45,623 nt of DNA from Alphaproteobacteria bacterium (GCA_024402735.1 JAKSTE010000001.1:1-45623); one strand, 5' to 3'. Counted from the stretch's first letter, positions 1-9,925 are shown. A program made the numbers and translations. The notes: generated by a model from the letters alone, not told the origin.

Positions 1-61
1 TACGTTTTTCCGTATCTAATCTAAACGAAAGTTTTGCATAAAGTATATCTAATTTGCTCAT
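1..61 (-). CDS. 5' end of a further co-oriented gene running off the left edge; possibly the GspF/PilC-type platform protein of the pilus-like module
   Basis: ATG at 61-59 overlaps the TAA of the ATPase gene (TAATG). It translates MSKLDILYAKLSFRLDTEKR with no stop up to the window edge. Function is guessed only from gene order (R64 pilQ then pilR). Confidence 0.35.
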   Translation of the reverse strand, partial: MSKLDILYAKLSFRLDTEKR

Positions 62-1692
62 TAATACACCCAAGGCCTATCTAATAAACCAACCCATCTT
101 TCTAGCTCATCAACACTGATGATACCTTGTAACATTAAAGATTCTGCCGCTTCTTTTAGTGTTCTTCCATCTAATTCTTCTAACCAATATCTTATTGCTC
201 TTTCAGTATTACCAGCCATTGCTAATTTTAAAAATTCACTATCTGTTAAAATAATTTCACCTGCTTTTATACGCCCTACTGTACCAGTACCTTTACAATG
301 TTCACAACCATTACCCTTTATATAAACTTGTTGTAAGCCAACGTCTCCAAAAGCTTCTTTTACTCTATCATAAGCATGATGACTAGGGTGGTTTATTAAT
401 TTTTCACGACAATGTGGACACAATTGTTTAAACAAACGCATAGATACTAAACCACGCATCATTGTTTCGTCTTTTAACTTGAACTCTTCTATACCTATAT
501 CTAATAAACGAGTCAATGCTGCCATCGCGGAGTTTGCATGTAAAGTTGTCCAAACATTATGGCCAGATAAAGCACCCTTAACAGTTAATTGTGCCGCAGA
601 CAACGTTCTTATTTCTCCAACCATTAAAGCATCCGGGTCGCTTCGTAACGCAGCAGCTAATGCTTCTGTAAATTTTTCTTCTCGTTGTTCTTCATTGTTA
701 GCATTTGTTACAGGTAATTGATGTGCACCAAATATTTTTTGTTCTGCAGGATCTTCAACCGTAATTAAATTTATTTCATAATTACGTTCTTTTAACATCA
801 AAGACATATTACGAACGAGTGTTGTAGATTTACCAGAACTAGTAGGTCCAGCAACAACAACTAAACCTGTAGGCGCTGCTCTCAAACGAGCTAATAATTT
901 TTGTTCATATTCACCAAATTCTTGTTCTGTTTTTATACCCTCACTCGGATTATCATATAATAATCTCATAACCAAATATTGGCTACCAAACGCTACAGGA
1001 TTAAATTGCATTCTGATTGCTAATACACCCGTAGGTAAATACAAATCTTTTGTTCCACGTAATGGTGTTCTTCCGTCTTTTTGGGCTGTTTGATATTCAT
1101 TTGGCGCATAACTTGTATTGGAAATATCAGCAGACGCAAATGCTGCTCTGATAAAAGATTCTCCCCATTGAGAGTTATACTCCAATACCGGACTCATACT
1201 TCCATCTATACGAAAATATACAGTTGTTTGATCTGCAACTTCTATGTGAATATCAGATACTTTTTGTGCTGCAGCTCTAGCAATAATATCCACAAAATCT
1301 TTTTGCATCTGATTATCATAATCAATACGCTGTTTAAACCCACCGCCGAGTTTCTCATCATGTGTTTTATATATACTAGATAACAAACCTAAGTCAGACA
1401 AAAACGGTGTTTTTACAACGTGATTATGTTGTTTTAATAAATCTAAAAACGCTAAAACTCTTCCATCATATTTGTGTGTTCTTGAAATAATAACTTCACC
1501 ACCAGAAAAATATGCTATTAAACCCTGTGTTTCTTTTGATAAAGGAAACTCACCCGTAGAAGCCGTTAACAATCTGTTTTTATTTGAAAACAAATAATCA
1601 ACAATTTCTTTATTAGTAGCATTCTCTAATCCAACAGGAATAGAAGGAGAATCAGAAGAAGTTGTAAAAAATGTTTCTGTTTCTTTTGCCAT
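61..1692 (-). CDS. GspE/PilB-family secretion/pilus assembly ATPase (R64 PilQ-like)
   Basis: Walker A GPTSSGKSTT, Asp box ITVEDPAE, Walker B DPDALMVGEIR, His box GHNVWTTLHANSA, and tetra-Cys CPHC...CEHCKGTG. ATG at 1692 sits 1 nt after the upstream stop. The ORF track's alternative start at 1704 is a TTG. Confidence 0.85.
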   Translation of the reverse strand: MAKETETFFTTSSDSPSIPVGLENATNKEIVDYLFSNKNRLLTASTGEFPLSKETQGLIAYFSGGEVIISRTHKYDGRVLAFLDLLKQHNHVVKTPFLSDLGLLSSIYKTHDEKLGGGFKQRIDYDNQMQKDFVDIIARAAAQKVSDIHIEVADQTTVYFRIDGSMSPVLEYNSQWGESFIRAAFASADISNTSYAPNEYQTAQKDGRTPLRGTKDLYLPTGVLAIRMQFNPVAFGSQYLVMRLLYDNPSEGIKTEQEFGEYEQKLLARLRAAPTGLVVVAGPTSSGKSTTLVRNMSLMLKERNYEINLITVEDPAEQKIFGAHQLPVTNANNEEQREEKFTEALAAALRSDPDALMVGEIRTLSAAQLTVKGALSGHNVWTTLHANSAMAALTRLLDIGIEEFKLKDETMMRGLVSMRLFKQLCPHCREKLINHPSHHAYDRVKEAFGDVGLQQVYIKGNGCEHCKGTGTVGRIKAGEIILTDSEFLKLAMAGNTERAIRYWLEELDGRTLKEAAESLMLQGIISVDELERWVGLLDRPWVY

Positions 1693-1693
1693 A

Positions 1694-2359
1694 TTATTTT
1701 CCAATACTTAATATCTCTGTTTCACCATCTTTTTCAAAAACAATTCCATCATCTAAAGAAATAGATTTTATTGTATAATCATCTATAGTTTTACCAACAG
1801 CAATACGTTTGTGTTGACCGTTAGATAAATCTTCTAACGTAGCTTGTAACTGATTACCAACACCTACAACATTTATTAACTTGTATTTTTGTGACATAGA
1901 TTCACTGGATTGCGGCACTTGTTTTACTGGTACCCTATCTAAACTTTGTTCTGAAGTTCCACTCTCCAATTTTTTTCTTTGTTGTTCTAATTGTTGAGCC
2001 TGTGCTTCTAATTCTGCTTTTGCTACTTCTAGTTCTTTCTGTTGTTGTTCTGCTCTACCAGACAATGTATCTAATTCCATTTGGATTTTTATTTTTTCTG
2101 CATTTAACCTATCTAATTCCAAATCTAATTGTGTGCGTTCTTTTTCTAATTGCATTAATATCTTTTCTTGTTCTAAATTTGTTATTTTTTCAAACAAAGA
2201 ATCTGATACATCATAGTTTGTTATTGCTTCCACAGCTTCATTATCTGCTTCTTCTGCAACATTATTATCAACAACTTCATATTCTTCCTCTGCAATAACA
2301 TACAAAGGAAATATTGTTATACAAATTAAAACTATTAATTTTTTAAAAAAACATACCAT
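1694..2359 (-). CDS. Secreted coiled-coil protein with a PilP/GspC-HR-like C-terminal beta domain
   Basis: N-terminal signal-like segment FFKKLIVLICITIFPLYVIA, then about 100 aa of E/Q/K/L heptad-like sequence. The C-terminus YKLINVVGVGNQLQATLEDLSNGQHKRIAVGKTIDDYTIKSISLDDGIVFEKDGE fits the PilP pattern. It lies between the PilO-like gene and the ATPase. Confidence 0.5.
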   Translation of the reverse strand: MVCFFKKLIVLICITIFPLYVIAEEEYEVVDNNVAEEADNEAVEAITNYDVSDSLFEKITNLEQEKILMQLEKERTQLDLELDRLNAEKIKIQMELDTLSGRAEQQQKELEVAKAELEAQAQQLEQQRKKLESGTSEQSLDRVPVKQVPQSSESMSQKYKLINVVGVGNQLQATLEDLSNGQHKRIAVGKTIDDYTIKSISLDDGIVFEKDGETEILSIGK

Positions 2360-2370
2360 TTTTGTGCCTT

Positions 2371-3618
2371 TTATTTTGTATAAATAATTATCTCATAATT
2401 CCATACTCTGGTTTTTACATTCCATACAACAGATGTCATATAAACCCCTTCGAAATCCTTAAATATCTGAATAAACTCACTTGGTATAAGTTTAGACGAC
2501 GCAGCAATTTCAACAACATTTATATTTTCTGTTGTAACACCATTTGAAATAGTGTCTACAACTGACGATATTTCAAAATCATTGTTTAATAATTGAAATA
2601 TTGTTATTACATCTCTAACAACTGTACCAGAATCACGTTCCTCAACAGAAGATATGGTATCTAATTTTGGTAACTTTGCTTTAACAATAATTTCATTATC
2701 AGAAACTTCTTGTACTGTCACCCCAGGAATAATATCTTTACCAACATTATAAAAATCATTCATTGTTCCATATGCTCTAGAAAAAGTAGCAGAAACACTA
2801 TCTTCATCACATTTTGTATAAACCTGATTCCATCCGGATATAGGTTGCATTAGAAAACCTATAGCTTTATAACACAACTCTGCTCTTTGGTTTTTATCTG
2901 GTAAATAATCATATGGATAAACAATAGGAGTTATATCTTCTTCTATATATTGTTGTTCTAACTCTTGTTTTTTTTCTTCTATTTGTTTCTTATATTCTTC
3001 AACTAATTCAGGATCTATTTGTTTAACATTATTAGGAATAAATAATTTAGCGATCGGCGTTCTTAATATAAAAACTATAGATAAAACAAACAAACCTATT
3101 AAAACGACAGATGAAAAACCAGATTGTAAAAGACTTATCGGTAACAACCTAGCCACAATATTTCCTTGAAGAATATCATTTATCAGTTTTTCTTTTGAAC
3201 GTGGTATCATCCATTGTTCTGGAGCTATTAAAATTCCCCAATCTGGTATAACAGATAATTCTATATATTGTTGTCTCGCTTTTTCAGAAGCAACTATAAG
3301 TTTATCATATATAATTACGCCATTACGCACTGCTAAAATATAAAAACCATTACTTGTTTGAAATGCAGCTAAGAAAGAAATGTACTCTGATAAAGCATCC
3401 GCTATTTCTACCGCAGCACTAGGCATTCCTAAACGAAGTCCACTTCGTTGAGGAGCTAATCCAACCATATTTTTGTATTCTATATATAGACCGTATTTTT
3501 TTTCTACTGTTTTTGCTAAAGACCTAGCGTAATTATTAGCATTAGTACCAACAACAGGTTGCCAAAACAGCCCTGTTGCATACTTTTTTCTATCAACAGT
3601 TATAAATTGTGGTACCAA
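2371..3618 (-). CDS. Bitopic membrane protein, PilO/PilO2-like type IVb pilus accessory protein
   Basis: TTG start preceded by GAGGAG. The N-terminus FITVDRKKYATGLFWQPV resembles my recollection of the PilO2/PAP_PilO N-terminal signature. Single TM SSVVLIGLFVLSIVFIL near residue 170. Gene order O-P-ATPase. Confidence 0.5.
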   Translation of the reverse strand: MVPQFITVDRKKYATGLFWQPVVGTNANNYARSLAKTVEKKYGLYIEYKNMVGLAPQRSGLRLGMPSAAVEIADALSEYISFLAAFQTSNGFYILAVRNGVIIYDKLIVASEKARQQYIELSVIPDWGILIAPEQWMIPRSKEKLINDILQGNIVARLLPISLLQSGFSSVVLIGLFVLSIVFILRTPIAKLFIPNNVKQIDPELVEEYKKQIEEKKQELEQQYIEEDITPIVYPYDYLPDKNQRAELCYKAIGFLMQPISGWNQVYTKCDEDSVSATFSRAYGTMNDFYNVGKDIIPGVTVQEVSDNEIIVKAKLPKLDTISSVEERDSGTVVRDVITIFQLLNNDFEISSVVDTISNGVTTENINVVEIAASSKLIPSEFIQIFKDFEGVYMTSVVWNVKTRVWNYEIIIYTK

Positions 3619-3647
3619 TCTCTCCTCTTATAAAGAGATTATAGCAT

Positions 3648-3656
3648 AAAGCGGTA
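3648..3656 (-). promoter_or_regulatory. Extended -10 promoter (TGCTATAAT) for the pilus-like operon
   Basis: The minus strand reads ...TTATGCTATAATCTC about 30 nt upstream of the TTG start. No good -35. Confidence 0.35.
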
Positions 3657-3708
3657 AAAAAAATAAAGTTCAAAGTTATCTAACTACTTGGTTTTTGAGA
3701 AAAAATTC

Positions 3709-4029
3709 TTATTTTTTACACTTATATACATTAGCTTTAAAACTATACGTATTTTTTGGGCCAAATATTGCTTCATCATTATGTATTATATCTTTATTTA
3801 CAATAAAATAAGAATCCCCGAAAGTATCTTGTGTATGTATTGTTTCTTTTAAATATTTTTTTGCAGCTTCTTCCGAATACACTGTAGATTTGGATGTTAT
3901 TTTATATAAAAACTCGCAATTATTTGGTTCTTTTTGTAATTCTGTTAAAGAAAAATCTTCTTTTGTAGAAACTGTTTGTGAACAACCAAACAAAAATATC
4001 ATGAAACCAAACAATAAAAAATTACGCAT
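3709..4029 (-). CDS. Small lipoprotein (possibly DUF4156-like)
   Basis: Lipobox LFGC at residues 13-16. Conserved-looking Cys near the middle and YKCKK at the C-terminus. Confidence 0.55.
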   Translation of the reverse strand: MRNFLLFGFMIFLFGCSQTVSTKEDFSLTELQKEPNNCEFLYKITSKSTVYSEEAAKKYLKETIHTQDTFGDSYFIVNKDIIHNDEAIFGPKNTYSFKANVYKCKK

Positions 4030-4043
4030 ATTTACAAACCTTG

Positions 4044-4973
4044 TTAAATAATTTCATAATTAGATTTATCACTAAATAATTTACGTAAGACCAAATTATT
4101 TAAAGCGTGACTACCTTTATAAGATTCTAAATTACCGTAAACAAAACCAGAACTTGTAAACATATCACCAACTGCATCTATAATTTTATGTCTAACAAAT
4201 TCATCAGGCCACAAAAGCTTGTTTAAAGTTCCATCACCTTTGTCATTTAGAGCTATAACATTATTTTCATTTGCTCCACGCCCCATACCGTGAGCTTTTA
4301 AAAATTCCCACTCTGAATATTTACCAAACGTTCTTGCTCTTGCTATTTTATCAATAAATAAATTTATAGATTTTTTAGTTCCATCTAAAAAACAAGAATA
4401 AGATTGAGTTCCGATAATAGCATCTTTGTACACCAATGTGGCAGATATATTTAATCCTTTGTTGTTTGGGGATAACTTAACATATCCGTTTCCACTTCGT
4501 CCTAAAAATATATTATATAAAAATGTTTTTATTTTTTTAAAAAACGGCAAATTTTTTATCAATTCGTTTCGTTTTGCAACAATTGTTTTTTTTACAATTA
4601 TCTTTTTAAAACCAGATTTTTTAGAAACAACCTTCTCAAGTTTTTTATAAAATTCATAAGCACTACCGTCTAATATTGGTGTTTCTGGACCATCTATTTT
4701 TATTATTGCAGAATCAACACCTGTTAAAAACAATGCCGCCATTAAATGTTCTATTGTTTTTACACACACTCCATTTGGATCACCAACTGTAGTATTTCTC
4801 ATCATGGTGTCACCAACATTATTGTATAAAGCCGGTATTAAATCTGAATTTTTAATATCTATTCGTTGAAAAAAAATACCCTTGTTTTTTGAAGGACATA
4901 TTGTCATATGAACAGGCAAACCAGAATGTATACCTACACCAGATATATTAACTTTTTTTAGAACTGTGCTCAT
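4044..4973 (-). CDS. lpxC: UDP-3-O-acyl-N-acetylglucosamine deacetylase
   Basis: GVGIHSG, TIEHLMAAL, ILDGSA, ARTFG, FVRHKIIDAVGD and KGSHALNN motifs are collinear with LpxC. Confidence 0.9.
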   Translation of the reverse strand: MSTVLKKVNISGVGIHSGLPVHMTICPSKNKGIFFQRIDIKNSDLIPALYNNVGDTMMRNTTVGDPNGVCVKTIEHLMAALFLTGVDSAIIKIDGPETPILDGSAYEFYKKLEKVVSKKSGFKKIIVKKTIVAKRNELIKNLPFFKKIKTFLYNIFLGRSGNGYVKLSPNNKGLNISATLVYKDAIIGTQSYSCFLDGTKKSINLFIDKIARARTFGKYSEWEFLKAHGMGRGANENNVIALNDKGDGTLNKLLWPDEFVRHKIIDAVGDMFTSSGFVYGNLESYKGSHALNNLVLRKLFSDKSNYEII

Positions 4974-5874
4974 CTATCTTTCCTTTCAACCAATCATAAA
5001 AACTACTTTCAATTTCTGTATTTAAAGCAGAAAATTTTATTTCTTTTTTTGCCCATTCTGGCAATCTAACCCAATCTTTTTCTGTTGTAAGTAATTGAGC
5101 ATCATTATCCTTAGCTAATTTTAGTAAATCTTTTATATCATTATCTGTATATTGATAATGATCAGAAAAAGCACGTTTTTTTACTATATTTGCAGAAATA
5201 TTATTAAAGAATTTTTCTGGATAACCAATTCCAGCAAAAGCCACTATTCTATCTTCTTTTTTATAAGGTGATACTTCTTTATTTTTTGCATAAAAAACAG
5301 GAATATTTGTTGGTAAAAAGAAATTTTTAGCTATTTTTGGTTTACGTATAACTAAAATTGCATCTGCCCTAAATATACCACTTTTTGTTTCTCTTAAAGG
5401 TCCTGAAGGAAGTAAAAAACCATTACCAAAACCTATACTCTCATCAAAAACTACTATTGATATATCTTTCTTTATAGAAGAATTTTGAAACCCATCATCC
5501 ATAACTATTGGGGTTTTAGATCTTTGTTTGTTTAATAGAATTAAATTACTTTTTCTATCACCAACATGTACTTGTAATCCATCTGAAGACAACATTTTTG
5601 CTTCATCACCAACGTCGCCAGTTTGTTTTGTTTTTTTATAACCACGCATAACAACTGGTGCATCTAAAAATTTTGCAACATTTCTTACAATAGGAGTTTT
5701 TCCAACACCACCAGCTAAAATGTTTCCAAAACAGATTATAGGCCTTTTTGATATATATTCGTGTTTTTTTCTAATATAAAAAATTAATTTACTAAAAAAT
5801 AAATAGATACCAGATATAGGTAATAATAAATATGCAGTTAAACTGCGTTTTAAAAACCATTTAGGTGTTTTCAT
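4948..5874 (-). CDS. lpxK: Tetraacyldisaccharide 4'-kinase
   Basis: P-loop GNILAGGVGKTP, LpxK-like length and TTEKD motif. Overlaps lpxC by 26 nt. Confidence 0.85.
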   Translation of the reverse strand: MKTPKWFLKRSLTAYLLLPISGIYLFFSKLIFYIRKKHEYISKRPIICFGNILAGGVGKTPIVRNVAKFLDAPVVMRGYKKTKQTGDVGDEAKMLSSDGLQVHVGDRKSNLILLNKQRSKTPIVMDDGFQNSSIKKDISIVVFDESIGFGNGFLLPSGPLRETKSGIFRADAILVIRKPKIAKNFFLPTNIPVFYAKNKEVSPYKKEDRIVAFAGIGYPEKFFNNISANIVKKRAFSDHYQYTDNDIKDLLKLAKDNDAQLLTTEKDWVRLPEWAKKEIKFSALNTEIESSFYDWLKGKIDEHSSKKS

Positions 5875-6635
5875 TTGTTGTTTTTTTGTTTACGTAACAT
5901 ACGCTGACGTTCTTTAAATTCAGCAGATTTTAAACCTTCTTCAACTTGAAATAAGTTAAATGTTTTATCCAAAGAACGTAATTGTTTTATCATAATATCA
6001 TCTATTTTTTTCTTCATATTATCAAATTCTTCTGGTGTCATTTTTGAAGGAACAAAAATAGGTGTTCCTACATTAACTATTATTTTTGAAAAAGGTAAAG
6101 CAACCAAGTATCTATCCCAACGATTCTGAAACCAAGGACGAGAACAAGTAAAACAAACTGGAATTATTGGGCTTCCGCTCATTTTTGCATAATATAACAA
6201 ACCATCTTTTACACGCATAGCTGGACCATCTGGACCATCTGGACACATAACTATACAACGATTACCTTTATTTAAAATACGCACACCTTTACGTAAAGCA
6301 GACATACCACCATCGTAGTTTGTGCCGTATATACTTTTTGTAGCACCAAATAATTTTAACAATTTTGCCATCATTCTACCATCTCGGTTAGTACTAGCCA
6401 AAGAACATGCACGCATATTATACATCTTCATAACTGGCGCTAACATCATAGAACGACCATGCCACAAAACAACTATTGCTGATTTATTACGATATTTTTT
6501 TAATATAGATTTATTCTGAACATGTGTACAACATGTAATATATACAAACCATATCATTACAGCAAAAAATATTGCTATTGGCCATTGAACAATAGCTGTA
6601 CCCAAAAATTTATGCCACAAATGTTTCAAATCCAT
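5871..6635 (-). CDS. DUF374 / lysophospholipid acyltransferase-family protein (LPS-locus associated)
   Basis: N-terminal TM, WHGR and CPDGPDGP-type motifs. ATGA overlap with lpxK. Confidence 0.6.
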   Translation of the reverse strand: MDLKHLWHKFLGTAIVQWPIAIFFAVMIWFVYITCCTHVQNKSILKKYRNKSAIVVLWHGRSMMLAPVMKMYNMRACSLASTNRDGRMMAKLLKLFGATKSIYGTNYDGGMSALRKGVRILNKGNRCIVMCPDGPDGPAMRVKDGLLYYAKMSGSPIIPVCFTCSRPWFQNRWDRYLVALPFSKIIVNVGTPIFVPSKMTPEEFDNMKKKIDDIMIKQLRSLDKTFNLFQVEEGLKSAEFKERQRMLRKQKNNK

Positions 6636-6700
6636 GTTTTTACCTTATTTAGTGATACTAGCAATAAAAAATAAATATTTCAAGGTTAGATAAAAAAACC

Positions 6701-6728
6701 TTGACTATTCAACATATTACTATAAAAT
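6701..6728 (+). promoter_or_regulatory. Sigma70-like promoter for tRNA-fMet (TTGACT-N16-TAAAAT)
   Basis: Hexamers at 6701-6706 and 6723-6728, 15 nt upstream of the tRNA 5' end. Confidence 0.4.
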
Positions 6729-6742
6729 AAGCAGTGCTTTAT

Positions 6743-6819
<77 letters not shown>

Positions 6820-6826
6820 AGTTTCT

Positions 6827-6852
6827 GCGACTCTTATTGAGTCGCATTTTTT
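6827..6852 (+). terminator. Rho-independent terminator after tRNA-fMet
   Basis: GCGACTC-TTATT-GAGTCGC followed by ATTTTTT. Confidence 0.6.
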
Positions 6853-6865
6853 ATAAAAAATATAT

Positions 6866-6894
6866 AAAAACACCGGTAAATACCGGTATTTTTT
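6866..6894. terminator. Bidirectional hairpin terminator (ACCGGTAAATACCGGT) ending the virB3-virB4 operon
   Basis: Palindrome at 6872-6887 flanked by an A-run and a T-run, immediately after the stop at 6893. Confidence 0.5.
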
Positions 6895-7507
6895 ATTCAA
6901 AACATTTTTTTAATGTATTATTCATATTGTTTTGATCAACATGTTTGTTTTTTATTTCTTCTTCAGCTTTTAAATGTTGTTTTAATAATATTAAATCTGG
7001 GTGTTTTTGTAATTGTTCATTAAACATATCTATTGTTTTATCTATATCTTCTTGTTTTTCTACAAATATTGGATTTATAGAATTAGCAGAATAAGCTATA
7101 GATTCTCTTATTAATAAATTATTTTCTTCAATTATACTTAAATATGCACGAATATGTTCGTCTTCATGATCTAATATAGCATTATAAGAACACGTGTCTG
7201 GCTTATGAGATATATCTACCTGTACTAAAAAATCTGAATAACCTATAGTTGCTTCTATGTTTTTTAAAGATACACAATATCCATCTTCAATTGGAGTAAT
7301 ATCACTTGTTATTTCATAATTATCAACCATTGTAGCAATAACATTACCATGTAAAACATCCATAGGTTGTAAAGGTTGTACAACCTGTTTTTTCCATTCT
7401 GGTGTATTTACTACTACATTTGGCATAATTTTATAAACCAAACAATCATCTGCCAAACATATTGTTGGTAATAAAAATATTGATAAAAATATAGATTTTA
7501 CAGACAT
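6893..7507 (-). CDS. Secreted HExxH-motif protein (possible DUF922/COG5661-like Zn peptidase)
   Basis: Signal peptide IFLSIFLLPTICLA, motif LDHEDEHIRAY, coiled C-terminus. The start lies 3 nt after the virB4 stop. Confidence 0.5.
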   Translation of the reverse strand: MSVKSIFLSIFLLPTICLADDCLVYKIMPNVVVNTPEWKKQVVQPLQPMDVLHGNVIATMVDNYEITSDITPIEDGYCVSLKNIEATIGYSDFLVQVDISHKPDTCSYNAILDHEDEHIRAYLSIIEENNLLIRESIAYSANSINPIFVEKQEDIDKTIDMFNEQLQKHPDLILLKQHLKAEEEIKNKHVDQNNMNNTLKKCFE

Positions 7508-7510
7508 TTA

Positions 7511-9925
7511 TTACATTATCTGTTTCTTTAAATATTCTTCTACAAAATTACTTCCGTACATTTTATATAATTCTTCAGCCAACAAAACAGAAGAACGGCC
7601 AGATTCAAATAAACGTAACATACTACCTAAACCACCTAGTTCTGTATTTAGAATAACAGATTCATTATTTACTGGTCTAGATAATAAAACAGCTCTTTTT
7701 AAATTAGGATATGCTTTTCCTTGTATAAATGCCATTTCCATTGGATTTAAATTCCATTTTTCATAATCAGAAGCATCGGCAGCTGGGTTACGGAAGAACA
7801 AAACGGTTTGTGCTTGTCCACGAACAACATCACCTATACCCATTTTATCTAAAACATTAGCTCTTTGAAAAGCAACCATATAAGCTTGTCTATTTTTACG
7901 TCCTTCTTGTAATCCCATTATAAAATTATCTCTAAATGTTTTATTTGCTAACATAGGTGCTGTTTCATCAATCATTATTAAAGAAGGATTTCCTTCTGCA
8001 ACAGTCATTGTGTTAATTCTATGTAGTATATAAGAGATAACAGCTGGTGATAATATTTCATCTTGTAAGATATCTGTAAAATCAAAAGTTGTTAATCTTG
8101 AATTTAAATCAAGTGTATCACTATTTTCATTAAATATATCTCCATATTGTAATGGATCTACCCATTTTTTTAGGGCTTTACGCATATTTCCTGAAGAAGA
8201 AAAACAACTTTCATATAAATTACTTAGTAATCTATCATTATCAGATAAGTAATCAAAATTAACTGATACAGCTCGTGCTATTTCATCTAAAGAATTTGCG
8301 TCTGTCTGTTCAGATATAATAGAAAACCACCTACGTAAAAAAGCTCTGTTTTTTGCATTATCCGGCATTTTCAATGGATTTAAATGTGTTAAGAAAGAAT
8401 TATCTGCAGAATTCTTTTCTTTATTTCTCATTGTTATATATTTACCACCAACAGACAGTGTAAATATTTCAGCACCATTATTTCTATCAAAGAAAAATGC
8501 TTTTAATTTTGGATGACGTAAAGATTGAGCTATTAAAAATGAGAATAAAGTTGTTTTACCTCCTCCAGTAGGACCTATTGTTAATGTATGTCCAACCGCA
8601 GCAGGTTTGTCTGATACATGAAATTGAAATTTATAAGGAGTGCCTTGAGACGTAGGAAATACTACTAATGGTCCATTTCCCCAATCGCTATTTTCTATTC
8701 CAGTAGGCATAGAAGACATAGGTATACTTATAGCAGCTGTTTTTGATAACATTTTAAAACTACGAGGAAATATATCAAAACCAGGTATTTGAGAAAAGAA
8801 AGATACTTTTTTACCTAAATTTTCAACAACAGGTGATATTCCAAAAGAAGCACATATTTTCTTAAATTCAGAAATATGTTCTAATAACTTTTCTTCAGAT
8901 TCAGCAAATAATGTAAATAAAGGATAATAATCTACCAATGTTTGAGAACCTGTAATATTTTCATCCATTGATGATTTCACTTCTATAATTTGTTCTATAG
9001 TAGAATCATTATCTTCATCTGTAATAGTAGATTTTCTTTGTCTAATTGTATTCTCTACATCACTTGATTTTAAAATATTAAATTTATTCATACAAATCAT
9101 TTCACATTGTATGCTCGTTATATTATCAAAAAACTCTTCATCTAAATAATCAGGTGAGATTTTAAAAGATAAAATAGAAGAAAAATAAGTTTTATTACCA
9201 CTTATATATTTAATTATTCCATTTTTATAAAAATCAACATCATCTACTGTGATTAAATCTGCTATATTATCATCACATTTGTTTATATTTGGTTTTGATA
9301 TAGGTGATAATATTCTCCCAAAAAATTTAGCCATATTATTAGAAGAATTATTTTTTAGTAATTCTGGTTTATAAGCAGATAATACTGATTCTATATAATT
9401 ACAATATTGATTTAATCTATCATATGAATTCTGACCTGAAACAGATATTACTACGTAATAACTATTGGAAAATATATTTAATTTTTGATCGTTCCATTTA
9501 TTATATATTTTTTGTAAAACAGGATGATTAAATTCATAATCTGTTTTTTTATCATCTATATCACGTATGGTAAAAAATCTTAAAAAAACATTAGAATCTT
9601 GTATTTGATTAAATAATTGTGCTCTTAAATCTAGTAATTTTTCTTTATTTTCATCGCTTTGCATACTAGTTTGAATACCATTTATCTTATATACACGAAC
9701 TAAAGATCCATCAGTCATAGATAAATAATTATTATCATAAACTTTATTAAAAGGTAAATATTGAGAATATCTTTTATAACCAAATATAGGTAATATAACT
9801 TTAGATAAAACAGGTATATATGCTAATAAAATTATAAATACAAATAAAACAGCTATAGCTAAAACTACTAATATAGTTGGAACTGAATAAGTATTACCTA
9901 TAAAATATCCAAATAATTCTTTCAT
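7511..9925 (-). CDS. virB4: Type IV secretion system ATPase VirB4
   Basis: 804 aa, Walker A GPTGGGKTT, Walker B-like LIMIDETA, VirB4/TrbE-like length. TAATG overlap with virB3. Confidence 0.9.
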   Translation of the reverse strand: MKELFGYFIGNTYSVPTILVVLAIAVLFVFIILLAYIPVLSKVILPIFGYKRYSQYLPFNKVYDNNYLSMTDGSLVRVYKINGIQTSMQSDENKEKLLDLRAQLFNQIQDSNVFLRFFTIRDIDDKKTDYEFNHPVLQKIYNKWNDQKLNIFSNSYYVVISVSGQNSYDRLNQYCNYIESVLSAYKPELLKNNSSNNMAKFFGRILSPISKPNINKCDDNIADLITVDDVDFYKNGIIKYISGNKTYFSSILSFKISPDYLDEEFFDNITSIQCEMICMNKFNILKSSDVENTIRQRKSTITDEDNDSTIEQIIEVKSSMDENITGSQTLVDYYPLFTLFAESEEKLLEHISEFKKICASFGISPVVENLGKKVSFFSQIPGFDIFPRSFKMLSKTAAISIPMSSMPTGIENSDWGNGPLVVFPTSQGTPYKFQFHVSDKPAAVGHTLTIGPTGGGKTTLFSFLIAQSLRHPKLKAFFFDRNNGAEIFTLSVGGKYITMRNKEKNSADNSFLTHLNPLKMPDNAKNRAFLRRWFSIISEQTDANSLDEIARAVSVNFDYLSDNDRLLSNLYESCFSSSGNMRKALKKWVDPLQYGDIFNENSDTLDLNSRLTTFDFTDILQDEILSPAVISYILHRINTMTVAEGNPSLIMIDETAPMLANKTFRDNFIMGLQEGRKNRQAYMVAFQRANVLDKMGIGDVVRGQAQTVLFFRNPAADASDYEKWNLNPMEMAFIQGKAYPNLKRAVLLSRPVNNESVILNTELGGLGSMLRLFESGRSSVLLAEELYKMYGSNFVEEYLKKQIM

